Assembly (NCBI GenBank): GCA_000934665.2
Contig: KZ538031.1
Span: 62,001 to 126,000 of the forward strand
Direction of reading: 5' to 3'
Source: Catajapyx aquilonaris
Lineage: Eukaryota
DNA length: 64,000 nucleotides
Part shown: positions 26,569 through 40,868 of the stretch, piece after piece
Numbering within the stretch: the first letter of the stretch is position 1
Layout: each line of letters opens with the position of its first letter
Made by a program: the position numbers and the translations under genes
Notes under the pieces: generated by a model
Told to the model about the DNA's origin: nothing
The model's input: only the letters and a program-made list of their open reading frames with translations
Database searches by the model: none

Positions 26569-29500
26569 CTAAGTCCACAAAGAAGTTGGCATTAGATACT
26601 CCTTTGTTCCTGTAGCAGGAGTTAAGTCTTCTTCGCACAGGAAATGGATTGGGAATAGCACCAAGGTACCCTTAAAAAAAAAAAAATCATTCTGATGAGA
26701 TTATTCATGTGCATAGAAATGATAAGTGCATGTATACCTGCACATCTTTCAGCATTTGTTCTGCGAGGCTTGGATCAGTGCAGGTGAGTGGCAGTTTCGA
26801 CTGGTATTCCTTAAGGTCGTTGAAGTTCTTCACTCTGTTGGTCGGAATCACACGAAAAACCTGTGAATAATTAAACAAATAATTAGCCTCTCTTCACCTC
26901 ATGCTTTAAAGCGAAATATTTACCTCATCATATATCTCCATATTTTTTCTTGCAGTGGCCATCCAGACATCTTTGTAACAGGCATCAGCAATGGGATCAT
27001 CAATGTTAAAATCCTCTTTTGGATTGTCAATGAGTCCTAAGTGCTCACTAAAAAGATGCCGACGAAGAGAGCTAGCAAATGCTCCTGGTTTGAAACTCTG
27101 GCCATTCATTTCCATTTCCTCTCCTCCTTCGTCCTGAAAATTTAGAATTCCAGTAAATGAGTTTATTATGCTAGTATGATTGTAGAATAATTAGACAAAT
27201 AATCATGAGGTTTAGAAACAAAGCAAAAAACTAAATTTCTCTTAAGCCAGGTAGTTAATTCAGGTTTTTAATTCATGTGATGCTGCAAAAAAAATTGCCA
27301 TTTGAAAACAATGACACATGATGCATTCATACAGTTCTGAATCAGTGTCATATCAAGCTAATCAATGTTTGCTCAGTCTGAGCAGTTCGGAGGTTCATAA
27401 AGTCATGCCTGAAAAAATTGTGCCACCAACAAAATTTATGACTGCATGTCACATGTGTATTAAGGATAAAAAGTGAAACATGTCTATAACAGTCCCTACA
27501 TTCTGCAAAATTTTCTCTGTGGAAAAGGTGTCCATTATGGATGGCAGAAATAAAATACAAAAGCTGTAAGAATTTAGATGTCATCAAAACTGCTTGCCTG
27601 TATGATCACCGCAACTTCTGAATCTCGCTTTCCCAACAAGCTTCGGTCGTTGATGTTGGCTGATCCACAGATTACCAGGTTGTCATCAGCAATTAAGAGT
27701 TTGGAGTGCACATAGATCAACTCAGTAACCTGCCATTTCAAAGTCAAAGAGTCAATATTGGAAGCACTTGAATGCAACCAGTGAACTGACCCGGTCCCCA
27801 TTCAGTCCTGCATGGGTTCGAAGTCCACAGAAGGAGATAAACTCAGATGGATCCTCAATTCCGTTTGCTTTCATCCGTGACAACAACCCATCATTTCCCC
27901 TTTAAAAATTCAGAGTTAGGCACCTTCCTTGTATAACAATAGGTAAATAATGCTTCACAAGGATACCTACCTGCACATGGATGCATAGTTCCAGTGTGTA
28001 ATGGCTTGGATTGCAGTACCCCTTGGTGTTCCAAACTCTCCTTCAAACCCTGGCAGCAAAGGCATGACAACAAAGACCCTGAATTTTGACCCTTCCTTGA
28101 AGGCCCTAAGGATCCTTTGGAGAAGGGCCTCTCCTATTTGGTTTTGCACCTGCATACAGCTCAGGCTCTGTGTTATGAAGAACTGGTTTTCAATGTACAC
28201 ATAATATCGTGCATTTGTAATGGCCTCAATGTATGCCTGGTGTATCGAGTCCTCTATCATTTGGATGCCAGCACTCCACTGACTTGCACTGCGAAGGAGC
28301 TGAGCAATATTCACATTTTAGTTGCTTCCTTATAAGAGCCTGAATTATCCCAAATTTCCATTTCATACCTGGCAGTTGACAGGATGCATTGGAATGTTCA
28401 GAATAGGCAGCACATGACCTTCTCGTGGTGATTTTGGGAGCAAGAATGGGTACGCCATATTAATCTTGGCTTTCTCCTCCTGTGATAAGAAATTTCTTTA
28501 GATGCTTATTTTAGATATTGATTTTGGCATGTGATAGTCAACAAGTAAAGCAGTCCTAAGTATTTAAATATTTCACTTAAAGAATTGAAGAAAAAAAATT
28601 CTAAAGCACTTGTCCAAGTTCTTACCTTAGCTGCATTCCACCTTTGAATAAAGTGCCTGGCTGCATCCCTAGCTGCAGTGCCCCGCACAAGCATGGCAAT
28701 GTCATGCCATGGCATTCGTGGTGTGGATCCCCTGTCCACCAAATCTGTCAGGAATGCAATCAAAATTTTAGTATTTTACATTAATACAGTAAAACATGTC
28801 TACAGTGGACTCTGAACATAGTGGAATCTGGTCTATTGCCACAAAAAAATAATTTACTGTCCTGGCAATGAGGTAGGATTTTTCCCTAGTATTTTTGTCC
28901 AATACAGTGGAAGCTGTCTAACATGAGAGTGGACAGCAATTTAAGTTTCTCACTGAGGAAAAGCAGTGCATATCACATAATTATATCGAATTTATACTTC
29001 ATTAAAAGTCATTTCACAAATTTACTGAACTGGAAGCAAGGCAAAAAATTGGCATGAAATCACTTTAATAGTTACGTATTGTCTCATAAAGTGGAAATCT
29101 GCCTATTACAGAAAATGTTCATGAACAGTGATTCCACTATTGTACAGATAATTTTAACTGCAGGGTAAGCAGGTCAGTTAAACACACCTTGAAAGGGTAC
29201 ATCAAGATTAGAAAAGTCTTTGACAATAAAGTTGGTGTAGTCCTTTCCCAACCACAGCTTTGCAGATCCATGCAACTGCTCCAAACTCTGCTCACTGGCA
29301 GTTGGAGAGTGTCGCATTGAAAGTTGTGTCAAACCCACTTCTTCCTTTGCAAGTGGAGCTTCCATCACCCTTATTTTGGGGGAAGACAAATGCATGTGAT
29401 TCCACAAATTATTAAAGAGTACAAAATGATCAGTGTTTTAATGACTCATGGGAAAAAGTTGTTATACTGTATAATAATTAATGGCATTAATTTCATAACT

Positions 29501-30045
29501 TAGGTAACAATATGCAATAAATAACAAACACTGCAAAACACTTACGGCATTGCAGTGAGATTTTCTAATTCCTCCTTGGTAGCATCTTGCTCTCCTTCCC
29601 CACCTCCTCCTTCTCCATCATCATCCTCTTTACTTCCATCCACAACATCCTCAGAAGCACTGTGCCTCCATGGTAAATGCAGTCCTTCTGCCAGCCCTTC
29701 TGCCATCTGCTTCCCCCTTTCCCTCATCCTCGCGACCACTGACCTTCTCTTCATGGGAGGGGTCTCTCCCTTCATTGATTCTAATGGAACATCTCCCCCT
29801 GCTTGTTCATCTATTTGTATGTCAACTGTGTCTATCCCTTCTATGCCTTCTGGCACTGCCTCTAGTTCCATTACTGGTGCCTTCAGCCTGCAAAGTTGTG
29901 GAAAGCAACAATTTATATGGACACAGCCACTAGTGAAAACGTCACAATAAGATGAACATAACTGTGGTCAGGTTTACTTTGTACCATAGGCTACTTGGTT
30001 TACTTTGTACCATACTTGGCATATCATCATCACCAAACGCTTTCC

Positions 30046-30111
<66 letters not shown>

Positions 30112-30148
30112 TTTTTTATTTATTATACCCCGGTGGGTTTTACAAACC

Positions 30149-30193
<45 letters not shown>

Positions 30194-33100
30194 GAAGCAT
30201 TTGCCTTGAACTAAGGGCCAGTTATGGGAATTCCAGTTATGGAAGAAATCGCTCATTTGTGAAGTTGTAATACTAATGAGGTTTAGCACTAATTTGTTTT
30301 CTTGCAATCACCCCGATGTTACAGCAAAACTTAACGTTCCAACTTACAGAATCTCCCCTGGTTCTGTCTTGGTCTGCATCATCCCAATTGTGACAGTGTT
30401 GGTTGAACGGGCCAAACTCAATATGGATGCAGGTGGTTCATTTCCTCCTCCAGGACGACTGGATGTCACTTTTCTCTGGTAGGGCATGATGGTACCACCA
30501 ACATGTGGGCCTACACTGCCCAAATCTGTTAACCTGAAAAATACATATCCAGATCAGTGCTATGTTCAAATGTGCAGGTCAAAAATGGTTACGAAATTCA
30601 GCATTTTGCTTTCTTCCTTCAGAATGGGATCATACAGATTGCAATACAGATATGTGGACTGTGCCTCACTCTGCTAATGTACCACCCCCCTTCATAATAA
30701 CTACATAATTACATCATATCTTTTTTCCTTTACTGTTTTCTACACCAGCAGCACTTCTTTAAAAGTCAGAAAGTGACCAACAATCACATGCTATGAACGT
30801 ATGTAAATTTTAGAGGGCATATTTTTTACGTCCTCAATTTTCCTATCAGAGAATAGTAAGATTCAAAACTGAAATTACCCTTCAGTTATTCTTGTACATG
30901 TCACAGTATATGATAAATGATAAATATGTTCATCAGACTGAAGCTCTCTTCCATGTGCGTATAGCACCTACAAGGTTACAATCAAAAACCTATTTGAAAT
31001 ATTTGAAGCTTCCTTGTGCATGGAAACTTTTTATGAGAGGACTGTAGCAGGAAATGTATTAAAATCTGTCAGGGTCATTGCATCGTTAGTTACACATCAA
31101 TTACCTATGCTTGTAGTCATCCCAACGTCCATAACAGAGGTCAATTCCACCAACAAATGCATATGACTGATCCACAATGACAAGTTTTTCATGATGGGCC
31201 CACAAGAAGACACCTGCACTGACGTGATCTGGGTGACGCAGTACCTGCCACATAAAATTCATATTGATAATAACACAGCTATGGGAACCCTCACTAAATA
31301 TATATCGTGAGTCACCTTGATATTTTCAGGATGTTTTTCAACTAGTTTCTGCTTGCTGTAAAAGCTATTTATTCCCAGGGCAAGCTCAACTTCTTTGTAC
31401 AGCAGCACAAAAACTTTCACACCTTGTTTCTGCAAAAGAGAGAATGAGAAAAAAGTCACCACAAAATAAATTAGTGAAACAAGACAATTGTGACATACAG
31501 CTTTTCTCTCCAGTAACTTGTCCAGTCTCCAGCGATCACCTTCAATCATGGGCCTCTTCAAATATATCTCTGGACTGAGCCACCAATCTGAGATGAATAT
31601 TTCCTCTTGTGCATTTTCAATGGCATCAGCAACAGCTTCCATGTAGGAGGAACCATCCACAAACCAGGAGGCATCTATGCCCTCCCTCACGGGTGCATAG
31701 GAGTTAAACCGGTTGGGTTGTGTGAAATCCTTGCCTAAAAAATTATGCACATGTTAGTTTAAGTGGAGGCTACACATAAACGTAACTAAGCACACCCACC
31801 CTGTTCATTAGCTGTCTTTCTGATGTGCTCCAGCCATTCCTTAGCTTTTCGTTTTGTCCATAACTTCACCACCAATTGCCTAGAGGGAAAAATTGCAGTC
31901 AAAACAATGCTCATTAAACAAGAAAAGTATCACTACCAGAACAGCCTTTTCCTTGAACTGCTGCAATTTTTACGGAAATTATTCCTAATCATGTATGATG
32001 AAAGGTTTTGTTCTAACAATTCTGGTTTTAGAAAAATTAATCTAGATTTGAAATTGACAATTTTGCAATTTTCTGATCTATAATGATCATCACTGTAGAT
32101 GGCAATAACTGGATAATTTTTACACATCGTTTTGGGCAACAATAATTGACACCAGATTTTTACAGTTGCATACTGGCTCCTAAAAGTGACATTTTAATGA
32201 AATGCATTATTTGAGGGGTGTGGTGGGAAAAGGTGATAATAACCCACATTTTTGTCATTTTAAACCTAAACACCTAGCAACTATGTAAAAGACATGACAA
32301 ACAGTTTGGTATATTCAAAGTTCACGTATCATGCACGAGACGGCTACACAGACTAGATCACAAATGCAAACTTCAATTTGTTCTCTGGAAAAATCACACT
32401 TTTGTGGGTTATCAGTATCACCTTTTCCCACCACATCCTAACTATGAAGAACAAGTCATTGTGTTCGTCCAAGGAAAAAAAAAACTCCTCGCAGGAATCC
32501 ATTCGCTTTAATCCATACCTTGTCAGATTGGACAAAACCAATCCATTTGGAAAGCCAGTCTCATACAATCCTGTAGAGACTTCAAAGGCTTGATCCATCA
32601 GCATGACACACTTAATTTGGCCATCCTTAGGTCTGATATATGCAACAAAAGTGTCTTTCATCACTAGCCATCTGGTCCTCCACTGTCCGCAGCAGTCACC
32701 AAATATGCGCTGCATTCTAAAACATATGATTCAACTGTTACGATTGCTATCTTCTTAAGCCTGATGGCAATAAATGAAGCATTAGTGTATACCTAAGACA
32801 TGGGGCAGTGTAGCAAACACCAAACAACCCACGCCTGGGTCGGCTGTGACCTGTGCGCTTCAGAACAAGGCCTTCCTTTCCTTTTGGTCCCAAATTGTTC
32901 ACAAAAGAGAGATGACTCACTTCCAGAAATTCAAGCTATAACAACAAATCAACTACCTACTTTAGATATTCATGCATAAGCCTTCCAGGTATTTGGCTCG
33001 AGTGCAAAACACAATGTGTAAACATGTGCACACATATCAAGCCAAATAACACATCATAAATAACTAAGATTCTCAGCATATTACCGTGTCATGGTGATTG

Positions 33101-35349
33101 CGATAAATTGTGCTTGTCAACAGATTCACCAAGTACTCTTCCAGTTGCTGCTTTCTTTCAGGTAGTTGCTCAACAGGGACTAATGCATCAGGCTTTTTAG
33201 GAAACCTGCACACAAGTAGCAACAGAGTTGATGCAAGCAACACTTACACAAGTGCATCACTTCCACTGTATGTGCATGTGAGTCAATAAGTGCTTTAAAA
33301 TACCTTGGAAGAGCTGCCTTAGATTTTCCTCCTTCTTTTGCCTTCATTTTTGGCCTGTAGCTGGATCTTTTCGCCCGGTGGGTTCGGGTTGGAAAAGGTA
33401 TGCTTAGACTTGCTCTAGGGGTACAAAAACAAATAAGATTTCAACCCATTATCACACGCTCAGCTATAACATTGTGCATGAATCCTTCCCAGTATATTTA
33501 GCTTTGTTGTTTGGCAGTTACTTTTAGAGTTTGTAGGACTATACAGTGCACTGGTTATTAAGGGACGAACATTTTCATAGTACACGGTGCAAAGTAACAT
33601 GTAAGGAGCATTGTTTCGAAATTGAAATAATATTACACGCTACAATAATTTCTTTCTTCATAATGTTTTTCATTACAAAAATAAGCTAAAAACCTCATTA
33701 TATGAATGGCTCAAACTCAAGGAAGTAAACAGTCAGTTCCATGTTGAAATTATTTTCACCTGAACAACTGCAGCTGATTGTGTAAATGCTGAAAGTGTTG
33801 GTAGCGCCTCCTGACAGTCCATGAGAAATCGGCATGCTGCAGGTCAATCTGGTATCTATCACAAGTAAATAAAGATTATTGTACAAACCCACAAGGGATT
33901 ATAACTATCTTCCATTCATTAAGTATATGTGCTCACAAATTTGGATTCAAAATGTGGGTAGCTACACTTCTTTGGACATCTGAAATCTTAACTGTGATTT
34001 CCTTCCCTGGTATGAACACATGTCGGCTTGAATCCTTGAAGGGCACTGGTGGCTTGTGAACAGTGCGGAAAGGAATCACTCGGACTCCTTGAAAATAAAA
34101 AATACAATTAATGGGTCAGAATCGTGTACATGTTGATATTTATAAGTAAGGTTAATTAATGAGTTATATCTTAAGGTGCACGTTATAAGCAAAAGACAAA
34201 AAAAGGCAAATCTTTGAGCAGACCATAATTTCCATCAGTATATGAGAAAGTAATTTTATCTGCATTTAGAAGCTCACAGTTTTCCTTATCTCGGTAGGGG
34301 AAAGAGATAATTTCCATACAGATAAAATGTCTCATTCCCACAGGTGGCTAAAAAAAGTTATTGTGATAACTACAGCCACCATTCATGCAAATGTACATTT
34401 GTCATGTGCAAAGTCTTACATTACATTCACAGTATAGCCACTGCAGTTGCTGCACTGAAAGCCATAAACTACATTTTAATCTCTTGGCCCCTAGAGTCAC
34501 TTATTGCCACGCCAGATTTGGGGTAGTGCAAGTCCACTTTTTAATGAAATTGATTTTTCTAATGCAGTGGGTAACGTTTGTCCCTTATTAAATAAATTTA
34601 ATTTCTCCTGCAAACTGACAAGAAATTAGACACTCATAGGCACACATAAGCTTTTAGTATTACAGTTTATGGCCCTAAAAAATCACAAAAACCTTTGCAT
34701 GCCAGTCTAAATCTGGAGCAACAAAAATATCCCAATAACCATGCCGTAAAATGCCATGAAATGTGCCTGTGCAGTCAACTATTGAGCGAGTGAACACTTT
34801 CTCTTCCTGCAAAGTTTCACAGAACTTGCACAACTTGGGGCACCAATTTGGAGACATATTTATGCACCTTAAGTTTGTTTTTAAAATTTATCCGAGCGAA
34901 TTTATGGTATTGTCCAGAACAGTGAACACTTGCCTAGTACAGAAAATGCTTTTGAAATTACTAATTTTGCTTTATACAGGTTTCGTTGCAATTTACTTTT
35001 CAAGTCTTATGCCTCCGTGACAGGGATTCAACGGCACTTACTAAGGTGATGAGTGCAGGATGTTGAAAATATTTATTAAAAACTTAGGACCCAACATTGC
35101 ACATGCCCAAGGTATATTTGTCTAATATCAGCCTCTTTTGCGGACTGTACAGTATACCTGTCACATTAAAAATGAGACTTGTCAAACCACAAATGGTTCG
35201 AGCAAATTACAAATGGCAAAGACAAAGTTCTTGCCAGGTATCGATGATCCATCTTCCTCGTCAGGCAGGTTCAAATCTTCATAGTCCGAGTCAAGATTGA
35301 CCACATCAAGAGCTTCAGTTGACATTGTGTTTCCTCCATTACTTGTCAT
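26569..35349 (-). CDS. Pld: Phospholipase D, PLD1/2 type (PX-PH-2xHKD), 22 coding exons
   Basis: Exons traced: 35235-35349, 33937-34087, 33760-33855, 33304-33414, 33085-33205, 32793-32935, 32519-32716, 31800-31879, 31499-31734, 31316-31429, 31105-31244, 30348-30533, 29546-29887, 29188-29369, 28626-28744, 28369-28479, 27971-28299, 27791-27899, 27598-27729, 26924-27133, 26738-26860, 26569-26670. Motifs: [15 protein letters not shown]1 [25 protein letters not shown]2 [21 protein letters not shown]-terminus MPTSLWT. A long acidic loop follows HKD1, as in PLD1. Confidence 0.96.
28787..29160. mobile_element. Degenerate pogo/Tc1-like MITE remnant in a PLD intron
   Basis: Begins TA|CAGTAAAAC, ends ATTTTAACTG; AGTGGAA sub-repeats occur in both orientations. 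Terminal match is poor. Confidence 0.3.
30046..30189 (+). repeat. (AAT)n microsatellite split into two blocks by a short insert
   Basis: About 22 AAT units at 30046-30111, unique sequence at about 30112-30150, about 13 units at 30151-30189. Lies in a PLD intron. Confidence 0.95.
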
Positions 35350-35470
35350 GGTTCCTCTTTATTGCACTAAGCTGTAATTAAAAGAGTCAGGGTAGAGTAT
35401 GATGAAAGTTTACACTGCTTTTTGAATGCAATCTAGCCTACGTATTTTGATGACAAACCCAGATGTGCTC

Positions 35471-35513
35471 AATAATAATAATAATATAATATATATTATT
35501 ATTATTATTATTA

Positions 35514-35551
<38 letters not shown>
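35471..35551. repeat. Inverted AT-rich microsatellite (AAT)n-(ATT)n
   Basis: An AAT run is directly followed by ATT runs, so the tract is self-complementary. Confidence 0.85.
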
Positions 35552-35999
35552 GCAGGCAACTAGTAAAATAAAGTTAACAAGTTCACTGCCAGAAGTTGCT
35601 CTTTTAACTATTATGACCTCAAGTACTTTTTAATTGCAACTTACCAGGCTTATATCAGGAATGAGAACTATAAACTGAGCTCTTAAAACACACTACAGCC
35701 TATTAAAAAGTACGCAATGTTTGTAGTATAAATAAATGTCACTAGCAGTCTAATACGCAACAATACGTAACTGTTCTAATCAACTCACTATCACAAAAAA
35801 TACCATAAAATTTCCATTTATATTATCAAGTTCCATTAGGCTAATCGGTCAGTGAAGTTGCTTTCTAAAAGCAACCCTTATTTCCATGCTAGTTTCTTAC
35901 AATTCATGCATGCAGCAGATAAGCAGCATTACTCCACTCACCACCTACGGCCTGAATAAGTAACATTTCAAACAATCAGCCTGTACCAACCTGAATGTT

Positions 36000-37109
36000 A
36001 AAACATCGCCTTCTTGATCTCAATTCATGCCCAATCCTCCTTTCCATACGCAAATTATTCCAATAAACACATCTGAACATACAAGCAAATTTCAGGCGAA
36101 CAAAATGCGCAATAGGAAAACCACAGCAAATGTGACGGCTGTTTCTCACTAGGGGCTAGTCGCACCCTGTCAGGTGTATTATTTGACAAATCATTCAGAT
36201 CAGTTTGACAGTAGCGCAATGATTCTTACGGCAGTTCGGGTTATGAGAAGTACCTAGCTTGGTGCCTTGCTGCGGAGAAAACTAGACAATGCGATTGTCC
36301 ATTAAGTCTAACATTATCATGGTAATTACCCTGTAGTTTACGCATATTGTTCCACTCAAAACGGCGTCACAATCAGCTTCCTCTACATTGTAGAACACGG
36401 CAATGACCCTCAACAGCTCACTTGGATTTTAACGCAATAAAACACTGCGTACCTGAACACACTCCAATTATCCAACTGCCTACTTCACGCTTCATGTAGT
36501 ACAATGCAGCATACATGCTGTACACTCTATTCCCAAATGCACTGTGCCGTGCTGTGACTACAAATCACCAGTGACACTCACCCTATTAACATCGGAGTCA
36601 TCCCCACGCTGCACACACAACACACCCTGGCAGCATGAGCTCATGAAAGCGCTGATGTCACCTTAATTATGCGGAAGACATACTTTTCCCCCCCTCTCTC
36701 TTTTTTTCGCATCTTTTATCTGCACGGTTCTATTTTTCAAGGTTAAGTGGGCGTGTCTAACTAAGCCCCCGTGTGTTTTGAATCGCGATGAAACTGAACG
36801 CGTCTGGTCTGCGATTGGAAACGCGGTTAAAAATGTTCGGAGATTAAACCCATTGAGATGATGGCCATTAGGGGCCGCTTCCGAAGACTCATCCGGTGGC
36901 GCGGCGGCCGTGGCCCCGATGTCCTGTTGTCTGTCTGCCGTCCCAAGGACGTCCGTCCACGCCCATGCACAGCTGAGGAACGGCTATACAGTCACAATGA
37001 TTAGCATGCAATAAGTTGGCACAAGGGTGTTTACACTATCAGGTACAGAACATACAAGTTGGTTGGTTGCATTGCCAGAGAGTAATAACTCTGCAATATT
37101 TTCAGTTGA
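36000..37109. promoter_or_regulatory. Probable bidirectional promoter region between Pld and the C6orf89-like gene
   Basis: Head-to-head gene arrangement. CpG-rich (e.g. 36780-36990) compared with the CpG-poor flanking gene bodies. Confidence 0.55.
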
Positions 37110-38731
37110 ATGATGAAGTCGGATGAGGAGCATGAAGCGGTCCAGCATGTTAAACAGCTGGGTGCACGGTTGGGCTTGGAGGAATCCAGAGTTGATGTGA
37201 TAATGGAACGGGTTTTGTGTGAGATGGACGGTGAGCGGCGGACAAAAATTGTGCGGGTGTCTGCAGTGTGCAGGTTGATGCAGTGGGTTTGGAAGGTTCT
37301 AAGGGCGGCCATAGTCAGCGTCGTACTTTTTGCCTTCCTGTACTTAATATTGGTGTGCCATAATCCAACTCAGAAGTTTGTAACGAGGCACACGCAGAGT
37401 CTCATATATCCGGTGATGCGTTGGGTGCGATTTTTCAGTTTGCCTGTTATTAACAGGTACCCGTTTATGACTGGTAAGTCCTCTTGATGTCTGATAACTA
37501 TTTGCATTCCCATCCCCTTTACTTACCGGTACTATACTCATTGCTTCCAGATTGGTATGAAGAATCGTGTCTTGTCTCCAATCCGTACTTCCGCATATTG
37601 GACTTGGATTGTTGGCCTTGCCAACAAGTCAGAGATGTTGTGGAATTAACAGGACTTAAAAACTTTTCAGAATACTATTATCATAGTGGAGTGCCATTTG
37701 TAGCTAAGGTATGTGTAATCAATTTTTCATTCCCGATATAATTGAGCCTTCACTGGTTATCTTATCTGGCATTGGTTATAAAAATGTAATCTGGGTTAGT
37801 GGGACACGATATGAGACCAGCAGTGTCTCTTTAGTTCGTTTATATACTGGTAAAAGCTGACAGTCTGCTGTGATAATTAGCAAGAAGAACTTACCCATTG
37901 TGCCTGCAATGGAGGGAAATGAATTGAAAGAAATTGCTTTGCTACAAGCCAAAATGACTAACTGATTTTGCATGACTGTTGCCTTTAACATGTATCTGTC
38001 ACTTGACAGGATGTGAAGCAGCAGGAGATAAACTTTGAGAGTCTTAAGGAGATGTACATATCTAATTGTAATGATATTACAAAAGGAGCCCCAAGACTTA
38101 AATCAAGTGATTCAGATGTATCAACAGTAGAGGACCTGTTCTTATCAGAATCAGGTCAAAAACTTATATTACAAGATGATTTCCATGTTCAGTGGTAAGC
38201 GTTTCCATATTTCTTGCAAACGAGAAGTTTATAAAATTACATGATGTTTGCAGGAAAATTAATCGAGCCATTGCAGTTCGAGTTGTTCGGAAGGTCTTTC
38301 AGAGACCATATTTTATTCCCAGTGACACAGAAGTTTCAATTCAAAGGTACATTTATATAGACGGACCCAAATCAGAACAGTACACACTGGTAAGTCATGT
38401 CAGTGTTTTATGAGTTTGCATTTAATTTAATCAACTGAAATAGCCATTGACAGAGTTTGCAAATGTCTGGGTGGCCCAAGGAACTGGAGAAAGGCTTATT
38501 CTGTTGCTGCCATCTCAAGAGTGCAAGAAATTTTGTACCGTTGTCTCAATTGTGCTTCAGCCAAGAGACGTTTGTAAGTTTTACGAAGGGGATTCAGGAT
38601 TGATAAATCTCTGATATGGCATTTTCTCTCTTCCTTTTTTAGTGTTTTACAACTGGCAGTTTTGGAGACCCAAGTCACTCCCAGTGGACTACAAGAATAT
38701 CAGTATAACTTACGTGGGATCTTTTTATTAA
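37110..38731 (+). CDS. C6orf89/BRAP-like single-pass membrane protein, 6 exons
   Basis: Exons 37110-37473, 37551-37708, 38010-38194, 38254-38389, 38444-38573, 38643-38731, all GT-AG and phase-compatible. N-terminal TM segment, CLVSNPY, DCWPC, RPYFIP, YNWQFW, YVGSFY-stop. Family assigned from remembered motif pattern, not a search. Confidence 0.75.
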
Positions 38732-40860
38732 AGAATCCAATGACCTGATGCCAAATATTAAATGTAATTGAAACAAAAAATTAAGTTGTAAACTATATAA
38801 AAGAGACATATAGTGAGGCTGAACTAAGGTTCTGCATATATGGCCAAGTACTTTTATTAATGCATACCAGAAGAAATCTTGTGTGTTACTTATTTTGCCA
38901 AATGAATTAATTTTGCTAGGCTAAATGTTTTTCTTACGAACACATGTTTGTACTGCACTGTTTATAGGAATAAAAGGAATAAGAAAATGTTCAAATTAAT
39001 AACATGTGCCTCTAATTCCCTACTTCCTTATTTGCATGCACCACCTTTAGGCTATACATAGGCCTGTAAGTTGAGAATGAGATACGGGTAACGTCACTAA
39101 TCTTCAATTGTTAGTTTTACTGGTCCTTGCCATTGTGGCATCAGTACCCATGTTCTGATGTCATTATTGTACAATTATTATAATGATACCCTGAGAATTC
39201 AGTTCACTTTTGATCAGGATTGGAAAGCAATAAATACAGGCGAATTTTTTAAAAGCACATGTTAGTCCATGACAGGGCCAGGCAACACTATGAAAACTCT
39301 CCTATACACAATCAAGAGAATTATCATCACAACAGGAGTGATTATATTTCTTCAAATTAGAAGACATTTTACCTGCAGCTATTACAGCACCTATGCTGTC
39401 TCGGAGGTTATTTCTTTGGACGTTTGCATTTAAAAAATTAGGCTATAAAAAAACAAACCGCTTGTTTTCTTTCTCTTCACTACAGTACCCTTCTACATAC
39501 TATAATATGAAACGCCCATCAAAATCACACATGTTAGTAATAAACAGTATGCACATGCATGGCAGGAAGGTCGTTAGTGCAATACCCATGCAATGAGCCA
39601 ATTAAAAGTTCATCTCTTAATTAAGGGCAGAGAGAGGAAGAGAGTGGAAAAAAAAATCCCCTTACGTCGAGTGACGTCCGAACGATGTAGATAATGGGAA
39701 GGGTGCCATGTGGACTCACAGACTCCTATACATATTCCACTGGGTTTAGGCCGAGTAGGTAGTGCTTCAAAACATCACGTGAGTTGTGGGACCACCAGCT
39801 GAAGCGCACTACTTGCTGCATAGTTACAGAGGAGAGCAGACAACGGAGGAGGAAAAGAGAAGCTAGGTAAGTGAGGCCTTAGAGCTGTGCTTCGAAAGAC
39901 AAAAATGGGCTTGGCTCATTTCCAGTGCGATATTTCGTGAAGGTCAAAGTAATTCGTAGTTATAGGCTGTCTTTTGGGTCGGGGCGGACTTACTGGCCAT
40001 TACTTGTACTTTTGAAGTCTTGCTGTCGTTACCGGTACGGCGGTACTGCAACGGCCTTACCGCGAACTATCAGTCATACCTTGGAAAAAGGGACTTGAAA
40101 AATAATTATATGCACGCCGAACCTATTTTTGCAAAGGTATCGCACTCCCAAAGTGCAATAGGAAATTCTAAGAACAATCTTTGGATTATTTATCCCAACA
40201 AGCAGTTTGTAAAAAGTCACAAGAAATAATATTTGTTGCTGGGGTAAACAACAGTGTTCAGCATTGCTCCAAATATTTATTATTCTACATGAACCAATTT
40301 TTGACGTGATTTGTTGGTTGTGGTATTATCGTAATATACTGGTGATATGAAAAGCCTTTGAAATTTCTGACACTTTGACAGAAAGGTTGAGATGGTGTGG
40401 CTCTAAATGTCAAATGTCATGCAGATAACTCGGAACAGTAACTGTATTTCTGGGATGAATGCTAACCACGTGCCCGCGCACATTTTAACGTTTTGCCTAG
40501 TATTTGCATACAAACTAATTATGCTCATACGCACGTAAAACTACCTGCAATCAGTAAACTACATAACTGAGCACGTCATTTTCAAGTTCATCACCAGTTC
40601 ATGACGATTCCGGAACATTCGTAATGCCTTATCTCCTTACATTGCAAATGCAAAGATTAGATAAAAGCGAATCATCTGGTGACATCGACGATTAGCAATC
40701 CAATCAGCTCATCCAAAATCCGAATATTTCCAGTTCATTTTGACTTATCTACGGAAACGATCCAAAATGTACTCAATTTTTTTCACGTATTTTTGAACCG
40801 AATTTTTCAAGTCGGAATGATTTTTTTTTTTCGTACATCGCGCCATACAATAGTCTTAAA

Positions 40861-40868
40861 TGACGTCA
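40861..40868. promoter_or_regulatory. Perfect CRE (TGACGTCA) about 300 bp upstream of the ornithine carrier ATG
   Basis: Exact palindrome in a CpG-rich 5' region. A likely non-coding exon donor AG|GTAAGT lies at 39866. Confidence 0.35.

Noticed and set aside
29995..30270. Poly-Asn and poly-Ile ORFs
   Set aside because: These are translations of the intronic AAT microsatellite.
34500..34725. Possible transposon with CCAGATTT / AAATCTGG inverted ends in PLD intron 1
   Set aside because: The match is short and I could not identify a TSD.
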